Source: Octopus sinensis
Taxonomy: Eukaryota
Length of the DNA: 64,000 bases
Reading direction: 5' to 3'
Assembly (NCBI RefSeq): GCF_006345805.1
Contig: NC_043001.1
Coordinates: 55,180,001 to 55,244,000 of the forward strand
Below the pieces are notes generated by a model. It was given only the letters and a program-made list of their open reading frames with translations, ran no database searches and was not told the origin of the DNA. The position numbers and the translations under genes are program-made. Shown one piece after another: positions 55,761-64,000 of the stretch. Numbering within the stretch: position 1 is the stretch's first letter; the number at the start of each line of letters is the position of its first letter.

Positions 55761-57879
55761 GGAAGGCATGATGGAGAGAGAAGGGAGGAGAGAAAGTGAG
55801 TGTCTGATATAGTTCTTGTATGAGTTAAAACATGCATAGACATTTGGATTTATAAATGAAATGAGAAATTACTTATTGCATATAACAACTTATTTACATA
55901 TCTGGAGCTGAAACTTTACACCATTCGCTACAACATGGCTGCAGTCCAAAGACTGAAACTAGTAAAACATATACATCCATATTCATACATACACAGTTAC
56001 AAGTGAGGAGATGTTGTAAGGGATTTTTCTGACATTCACAAACAAATCAGGTTAGTTGAAGATTTGGCCAAAATGTTGAGGTTTATTTGAATATTCTTTA
56101 GTTATTCTTATTTGTTTAAAAATGTTTTACCTTATCAATTCGATGGTAATGTATATCATCTTCACTTAAATCGGAATCCTGTATCATATCAATGAGAACT
56201 AAGTAAGGTTATGATAGAAAAAACAACAGGTATATACAGACTTGAAAACAACAGGATATGCAGACTTGAATTTAAAAAAAAAAAAGCAGATCAGACAAAA
56301 AAAAATTTCAGTGTTTATAATGAAAAGAGATATAAATATAGCATGATGTTAAAGATGTCGTTTTGTGATCCTATAACTCTGGGTTAATTCCACTGCCTAG
56401 TATTTGAGGCAAGTGTTTTCTACAATAACTAGGTAGACCAAAGCCAAGCGACAGAAATTTGAACAATGGAAATTGATTAAAAGCTCTGAGTGTGTGTGTG
56501 TGCGTGCATGTGTGTATATGCATCTGTATATATTCATTGACATATATTGGTCAGATTGCAGAATTGGTGCATTGAGTAAAACTATCTAGCAGTATTATTT
56601 GTTCAATCCCAGTTCTGTCCCTTTATCTCCAGGTCAACTTTGCCACACCATCATACAAGTTTGATAAATAAGTAAAAGAATAATACTAAAATCAATATAA
56701 TAATTTTAAACCTTTGAAGATGGTACCCCAATGACTGAAACAAGTAAAAGAATATGAATAAATAGGATTAAGTAATATATATATATAAAAAAAATTCAAT
56801 TCAAATATACACTCAAGTTAATTATTTAAAATCTAGTGAAAAATAAGCAAAAAACATAAACGACAAAAAGGCAAACCAAACATTCCAATGAAAAACAAAC
56901 AATGAAAAAGAGGGCAAAATAATTCAAAAATTTTGTTTGGGGAATTTCTTCGAAGTAATTTCAATATTTTGGTGATAATACTAATGAAATACGGATTGGA
57001 ATACAGGAATGGGATGGTGAGAAATGTTTTCAATATAAGTATGAATATCAATGTTGGATATCAAAAGATATTAATCAGGTCATACATAAAAGCTAAGCAA
57101 AAACTAGTAAAAATAAGTTAAATATACAGCATAAATTAAATTAGAAATGCAGAAGAATATATATATATATATATATATATAACACACACACACACATATA
57201 CATACCTACATACACACACACACATATATACACACACATACATACACACATGTATCTGTGTATATATAGATATATAAATAGATAAGTATGTAAACAGAGA
57301 GTTAGATAAGCAAATAGATAGAAAGGTAGATGAACCAAAATGTATATATAAATATGTATACAATTATCATTTCCATCAGCATTTTTATATACACTTTTCC
57401 CATGATGGCCTGGGCTGGATGCGGCTTCTTAGAGTAACTATTCTATAGCTGGATGCCTCTCCTAACATCAACCTTTATTTCCAAGTTAGGTGTTTTATAC
57501 TATCAGCTTTCGTGTGTTGAACTGCCAAGCTGTGGGACATAATTTATAGAGAAAAAAACAAACACCACTGCCCTATTGGTGCAGACGTGCAAACACACAT
57601 ACACACATGCAAACCTGTGTATATATAATAGGCTTTAGTTCAGTTTTTCTTTTACTAAATTTCACTCACAAAGTATTGGTCAACTTGACACTGTAGTAGA
57701 AGACATCTGCCTAAGGTGCCACACATTGTGATAAAAATTCAAAAGCTTGTGCTTGTGAACCAAACTTCTTAGCCATAGTCATGCAATATAGATAAGTATA
57801 TAAGTTAATTACTGCCAGATAAACATGGATTATCTCTGAACAGTGGTTCTGTTCAGTGTAGCATGCATACAAGCTTGTT

Positions 57880-57920
<41 letters not shown>

Positions 57921-57944
57921 TTTATTTAAAGCAGCAGAAAATTC

Positions 57945-57998
57945 AACAAAATCTGTTACTCTGAGTTTCCCGTTGCCGTTCATCGGACAGTTTTTGCT
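57945..57998 (-). ncRNA. Minimal type I hammerhead ribozyme fold (CCGAUGA core variant, GUA cleavage triplet)
   Basis: Minus strand: agcaaaaactgt-CCGATGA-acg gcaa cgg-GAAAC-tcaga-GTA-acagattttgtt. Stem I pairs at 11 of 12 positions, stem II has a GCAA tetraloop, and stem III is ACTC/GAGT. Confidence 0.7.
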
Positions 57999-58163
57999 AG
58001 AATGGACTATATATATATACATACATACATATATACATATATATACACATATACTTCAATCTCAGGAAAGACTGTGATGTCCAAATTGTAAAAAAAAATA
58101 TTACACCACCATACATAACTGTTATTGATAATAAGCAGCAGTAGAAGTAGTAGCAATAATAAT

Positions 58164-58556
58164 GGTTTCACAATTTGGTATAAAGCCAGCAATTTTGGGG
58201 AGGGGTAAGGTGATAACATCAATCCCAGTACTAAACTGATACTTATTTTATCAACCCTAAAAGAATGAAAGGCAAAGTCAACCTCAGAAGAATATGAACT
58301 CAGAATGTAAAGATTGATGAAATGCCATTTGTCCACTTGGCAGCTAATGATTCTGCCAGCTTGTTGTCGTAATACTAATAATCATCCTTTCTAATATAGC
58401 ACAAGACCTGTTGATTAGATTGACTCCAGAGCTCAATTGGTCCTTATTTGATCGACCCCATAAAGATGAAAGGCAGAGTAGTCCTCAGGACATAAAAGCA
58501 GGTAAAATTCTGCTAACATTCTGTCTGGCATGCTAATAGTTCCATCAGCTTGCTGC
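58164..58556 (-). mobile_element. Tandem doublet of SINE family A (58164-58368, ~58390-58556)
   Basis: Two reverse-complement copies separated by a taatactaataatc linker. Confidence 0.7.
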
Positions 58557-58779
58557 TATCATCATCATCACAGCAACATTGACAAATTCTTTATTCTATA
58601 AAGGCACTTATAGTACTCAAAAATTTCAAGCAGTCATCCATCTAGGTACTTACTAGACAAAGCACTGCTTAAATATGGTGACTGAAGAAGAACCAATATT
58701 TTAAGCATAGCATGGTTATAATAAATGCAAGAGAGTAAAAGCAACAATATTCATGCGGGTGTATGCATGTAACAAAAAT

Positions 58780-59343
58780 GGACCAGTAATTATTCGCAAT
58801 GCACTTTTCTTTTTATTCTTTTAAGGTAGAAAGATTAGTAGCATGTGTATCACTAAATGTGGTCTCCTTCTAGTTGCTGCAATGCATTAACTATGGCCAA
58901 CTCTGTTGTGGACGGTTTGATAGGCAGAACCATGATTAACTTGTATAATTTTTGACATCTCATCTATAATTACCTGTCTGTTGAATGGAATCATATCTTG
59001 GACTCTTTTAATGCTGTCATCAGAATAGGAAGGGATCAAGTATCCTGTTCCTTCTTGATATATGCGACCCATAGTTTCTTATGCAGCCATTTTGCAAACT
59101 ATACATAGACATGCAGCATAAAGCTGTTTCCATACTGTACAGAAAGCCTTCTATGGATTTTAACTATTGATGCACCTGCTGCCCACAGAAAAGGGATTAC
59201 TGATTTTCCTAATTGAAATATGGAGGTCATACGTATGCCATAGTGATTAGAGGGAGACACTATTTAGTGATATGTAGGCAAGAAATATTCCATCAAGAAA
59301 AATAATTATAAACAAACTGCAGTTACTGAAAGGCTTATCCTCA
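58780..59343 (-). mobile_element. Internally deleted mariner relic
   Basis: ORF 58887-59072 contains NRQVIIDEMSKIIQVNHGSAYQTVHNRVG, matching the mariner HTH region (NRRVTIDE...ISHGSA..I.H..LG). The minus-strand end reads TA|tgaggataag. Confidence 0.7.
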
Positions 59344-59349
59344 TATATG

Positions 59350-59880
59350 TCATTTTACATTTGATTTTCCATGATTGCATGGGTTGGATGTGTCTTCTTT
59401 AGCACAATGTCTTGCCATTTTCTATCTACTTTCTGAGGTTCAGCGAATTTTCACAACATCCTCCAGTGTCTTCCTCAGTTTTCCTCCTCTTTAAGTTCTT
59501 TCCACATTCATCTCTTGACATTTTTTGCACTTGAGTATTGTGCTTCCATATGCATCACATGCCTGTACCAGGGAAATATCTTTCACACACTAAATCTGCT
59601 TCCACTCATGTACCATTTATCTTTCAGCTCATTTGATCATTACACATCCAGTAGGGTATGCTTGCCTTATTTTCTCTTGCCGTTACACATTGTCTGCATT
59701 AAGAGCCAATATTTTGCTACCATGTAATGTCACATTTCATACACAAGAATCATCATAAAATCCACCTCTCCATTCAGAGAGAGAATCTCCTTGTTACTAG
59801 GAAAGGTAATAGCTCCCAGAACTTTTTTACAGCCCTTTTCTTACTCTAGCTTCCAAGTCTTCAGAACACCCTGACGTACT
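59350..59880 (-). mobile_element. Decayed RTE 3' end
   Basis: Minus strand gives WYRHVMHM...DRKWQDIVLKKT followed by ccaacccatgcaatcatggaaaa, the RTE tail. Confidence 0.6.
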
Positions 59881-60417
59881 TATGGGGAAACATTTGGTTC
59901 TTTGAAAGAATCGTATTTTCTAGTTGCTCTTACTACAGGGTGCAGCAGAAAACTCACATTTGAAAGGTTGACTAAAGGAAAAAGAAACAACATTTATGAA
60001 AAATTAATTTTACTGTTGTTTAAAAAAAGGGTTACAGTTTTTGTTCATTAGCTAAATGAAAATATCATTGGCACTTGCATAAGTTCATTAGCAACACATA
60101 GGTGAATGTTTAAAATGTGGGAGGTATTTCTGCAGCACTCAGTATAATAACTTCTGTGTATCAGTTACATACAGATCTTCATTCTCTGTCAATCATCATA
60201 TTTACATTTTCTATAAAGAACAGAGTTCATATCTGGTTCTTTTCTGCATATTAAACACGAACACCTCCCCAGTAGCAATAAAGTCCTGTCTTCTTTGAAG
60301 TCTCTTCCTTCTGGGATATGCTTCCTTATTTAAAATTTCTTGTCTTAAATTTTCTTGTGCCTTGGGAGAGTCATTATGCCAATATTAATAACACATGCAC
60401 TGCTTCAGTTCCACTAT

Positions 60418-60474
60418 GCACTGGTTCAATTCAACTCCTTTACAATCAGTCAAGGAGTGGAATTGAACCAGTGC
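60418..60474. other. 57-nt hairpin (23-bp stem, 11-nt loop), pre-miRNA-sized
   Basis: gcactggttcaattcaactcctt-tacaatcagtc-aaggagtggaattgaaccagtgc, with one mismatch. Confidence 0.6.
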
Positions 60475-61260
60475 GTGTGTTCTTAATATTGGCATAATGA
60501 CTTTCCTAAGGCACAACAAAATTTGTTTTTACAAATGGATTCACATAAAGAATCTTGCAAACCAAATATAAAAATGAAGCTTGTCTTAAATCTTTTACAG
60601 ATTCAGCTATGAGAACTAAATTATTAATGTACAAAACCCATAAACAACAAGGCTTATTAAACTCCAGTATTATACCTTGGAAAACTATGATAAATATGTG
60701 GGTGCTTAGAACTGAGCTCTGATGGGCATATACTGCATGTTAAACCTCTTGTTGGACTCATTACAATATACTGGTACATGGCTTGCATGACTATTTCATG
60801 CCACTCATCAATGTCCAATTTTTTAAAACAACAAATAGACTACATAGTGTGGTATTTGGTCAAGTTTGCCTTCTCGTGGTCAGTGGAGGTTACAGTAGGA
60901 TAGTCTTATCTAAGAAATGTTCTTGGAGCTTTCTCATTATGAAATTGGCTAATGAACATCAGCAGTACACCATTGTAGCACAAACACAACAAGTATCACA
61001 TGTCTGCTAATTCTTTTCTTAATCATATAATTATGCTTTGCACACATATATATATATACATGCATGCACACATACACACACACATTATATTTTGACGTCT
61101 TCTGTACTCTAAAAGAGGGCAAAGACCAATCAGTGGCACTGGTGTCATTGGCAGAAACAGCATGACACGGAGAGCTAGCAAAAAAACTAATGGGGGGGAC
61201 AGAGATTCCTAGTGCAGTGTTATGATATACATCTTCCTTGCGGTTACTTGAGGTAGGAGA

Positions 61261-61325
<65 letters not shown>

Positions 61326-61878
61326 TATATATCACAGAGTATATAAATATACAATGTATCTCAAACACATACATCTATATCTCTAAATATGTATGTATAT
61401 GTATGAGACAATGTAAACTAAGTTCCATTATTGCATTATTGACTACATAGTGAAAGTTAGAACTGAATGCACTGTAGGTTACAATGTATTACACACACAC
61501 ACACACACATATATATACTGTTGCTCATATTTTATTAGCAACATTAGTATGGCAACAGCATCTTGAAATGATGGTTGTTGGTAATGAAGTGTGATGTCAG
61601 TACATCAAAACAACTGTCATGTTAGTACATTGATAGAACACTTCCTTGCTAGGTATATGTAATTATCATAGCTAAAGGCCTTCTTCCCTGCCAGCGATCT
61701 GTTTAATATGACAATTACAATTAGAAATGATTATGTGTATAAATATATGTATATATACTAGAACACACACACACACGAAAACATACATATGTATATACTA
61801 GTATATACACATATATACATATGTATGCATATATAAATGTGTGTGTGTATATATATATACATACATACATAGACACAC

Positions 61879-61920
<42 letters not shown>

Positions 61921-62072
61921 CACACACATACACACACACACATGAATGTAAGGATGAGAGTTCATTGCACCTGAAATTCCACTTGTGTCCCACAGTTTTC
62001 TATTCTTATATATATATTTATCTCTGTATATATATGTATATATGTACATATATGTGTGTGAGTGTGTGTTTG

Positions 62073-62111
<39 letters not shown>

Positions 62112-62220
62112 ATGTATGTATATATGAGTGTGTGTGTGCATGTGTGTGTACACACATATATATGTATATACATATTCCATCTTTAATCTCCTTTCTGTTA
62201 ACATCTCAAATGTAAGATTT

Positions 62221-62315
62221 CTTCCCTGAAGATGGAAGCTTATATCATCTGACAATGGAATCAATTTACCATCAGTATTTTGGACCACCTAGCTCCCAGA
62301 AACAGCTGTTGAATT
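62221..62315 (+). ncRNA. Type I hammerhead ribozyme fold with expanded stem II, upstream of the Penelope-like ORF (probably decayed)
   Basis: CTGAAGA (62226-62232), stem II tggaagct/agctccca (7 of 8 pairs), GAAAC (62299-62303), palindromic stem III ACAGCTGT, then T at position 17. Stem I is poorly paired. Confidence 0.6.
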
Positions 62316-62499
62316 TGTCATACTCTTTTTCAACCCCTTTAATTCTTGATATCAATTCTATTCTATGCAAGCTGGACTTTTTTGTATGTTTACATATATA
62401 CATTTTTTGTATGAAATTTAATATTCTTTGTATATTGACTCTTTATTTAATCGTTGCTGTACTGAGGTATTCTGTGAACATTGATAAAAAGGGAAAATT

Positions 62500-64000
62500 A
62501 GGAAGTTCGGTTTAAGGTTCCTAGCACATCTTTCTATGTGCTCACTGACACAAATCAAAAGATCCATCAAAGCCTCCAGACTAACCAAAACTTTCAAGAA
62601 CCATTACCTACCAATCTACCTCCATCGCCTGACAGACAATGGAAAAATTTGCCTCCGAGACTTGACTTTCAACATGGATACTTCAAGAATTCAACTAGAC
62701 ATAACCTAACTAAGCAACATAACTTCACCCTCTGTCTGATTTACAAAATTAGCAGTAAATTTAACCCAAACCACATCAACCATAGACAATATAACAACCC
62801 TCATAATAACCACAATCTAGTCCACAACACAGTCACTCCACAACAAATATACTACCACAGATGCACTTTACACCCAATTATTCCACACCAAACTAAATAC
62901 AAGACTTTCCACAACAATCCACCTACTACAACCATTTTTTAGACCTAAATCAGAGAAACAGAGATGTGAAATGGAACAAAATATACATGAACAACTGGAA
63001 ATATCAACTTATCAAAGAAAATCCCAAGTATTACACAAACAAAAATTCTAGCAAGCGGTTTGAAGTTCACACCAACCCCTTGCAGATTGAACCCAAATGA
63101 AATCAAGGATAACACTATGGATTTTTGCCGAAAATTGTGCCTCACAGAAGCACTTCACAACTACACCAGTGAAGATGACTCAATAGCAAAAAAACAAAAG
63201 CGAATATTGTCCTACAAAAGGCAGAAATAAAGCACTTGATGACTTTTGTGAAACATTACCAATTTCCCATTTAATACCCAACAAAAACAGTGAATTAAAT
63301 CCAACTTCAACACAAATGAATGGAAAAAGCTAATCAAGTTAAAAAATGATATAAGCCTGACCATTAAAGAAGCCGATAAAGGAAGTGTGGTAGTAGTGAT
63401 GGACACAAAGTACTATGAAAATTAAATACTCTCCATGCTGGAAAACAATATTTACTATGAGAAGATAGAGCGCTATAACCCACAGAAGACACTTAAAATC
63501 TTATCCTCCTTACTTCAAATACATGGAAAGGGCCTCATTAAAAAAAAAATGACTATTTATCAAATTTTAAATACAGACCAAGTCTATTCTATGGATTACC
63601 TAAAATACACAAATATCTACATATTTCTAAAGCTTGCAAAGATTCTCCAAGCCTATGCATTAATGTTCCTCCCACTACTGATCTCAAATTAACACCCATC
63701 TTGGCTGGTGGCCCTGCTTGTGAAACCCACCGTTTGAGCAATTTCCTCAACATCTAACTCAAACCATTTAAAAAATATGTGAAAAGCTTCATCAGGGATG
63801 ATTTAGACATGCTTAACTCCTGAAAACAATAAATGAAGGAACCCTGTTAGTATCATTCAATGTGGTGAACTTGTACACCAGTATTTCACATGATTATGGT
63901 ATAGAAGCAATCTCCTTCTGGCTAGAAAAATACCCAGAAGAGAACCCAGGACTCATCAACCACAACTTCATAATTGCAGCACTGAAATTTATCCTACAGA
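62500..64000 (+). mobile_element. Decayed Penelope-like retroelement RT ORF (continues beyond the window)
   Basis: Hallmark motifs in several frames: GLKFTPTP (63057-63080), IKEADKGSVVVVMD (from 63363), FYGLPKIHK (63587-63613), PILAGGPAC.THRLS, and LLVSFNVVNLYTSI (from 63844; catalytic D replaced by N). Many stops and frameshifts. Asn/His/Thr-rich N-terminal stretch. Confidence 0.85.

Noticed and set aside
59958-59971. 14-nt minus-strand microexon candidate (strong acceptor, gtgagt donor); a similar 14-nt plus-strand case at 2188-2201
   Set aside because: Frame-shifting length; such pairs are expected by chance in 64 kb, and one occurs on each strand.

Overview
This is a strongly AT-rich eukaryotic window packed with microsatellites and SINEs. 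The repeat families resemble those I associate with Octopus/coleoid genomes (an inference, not a database result). One protein-coding gene is supported: three phase-consistent minus-strand exons (10774-10960, 7830-8523, 6342-6615) encode the C-terminal cytoplasmic tail of a Roundabout (Robo) receptor. They contain the CC2 motif NWAELLPPPPEHPPP and an ERGPTPPIR motif. I could not recognise any Ig, FN3, TM, CC0 or CC1 exon, so 10961-64000 is probably mostly one very long intron (or carries exons I cannot recognise). That interval holds tRNA-derived SINEs, two hAT MITEs with 8-bp TSDs, Tc1 and mariner relics, and a young 5'-truncated RTE LINE whose ORF has a C4HC3 (PHD-type) finger inserted within the C-terminal part of the RT region. 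It also holds older LINE relics and a decayed Penelope-like element that runs off the right edge. The most notable non-coding signals are two type I hammerhead ribozyme folds. One is a minimal fold with a CCGAUGA core variant, inserted in a (TA)n array in the Robo-sense orientation (57945-57998). The other has an expanded stem II and lies just upstream of the Penelope-like ORF (62221-62315). Several long hairpins and an inverted pair of 21-bp minisatellite arrays were also found. All structures were assessed by eye; none was computed or database-searched.
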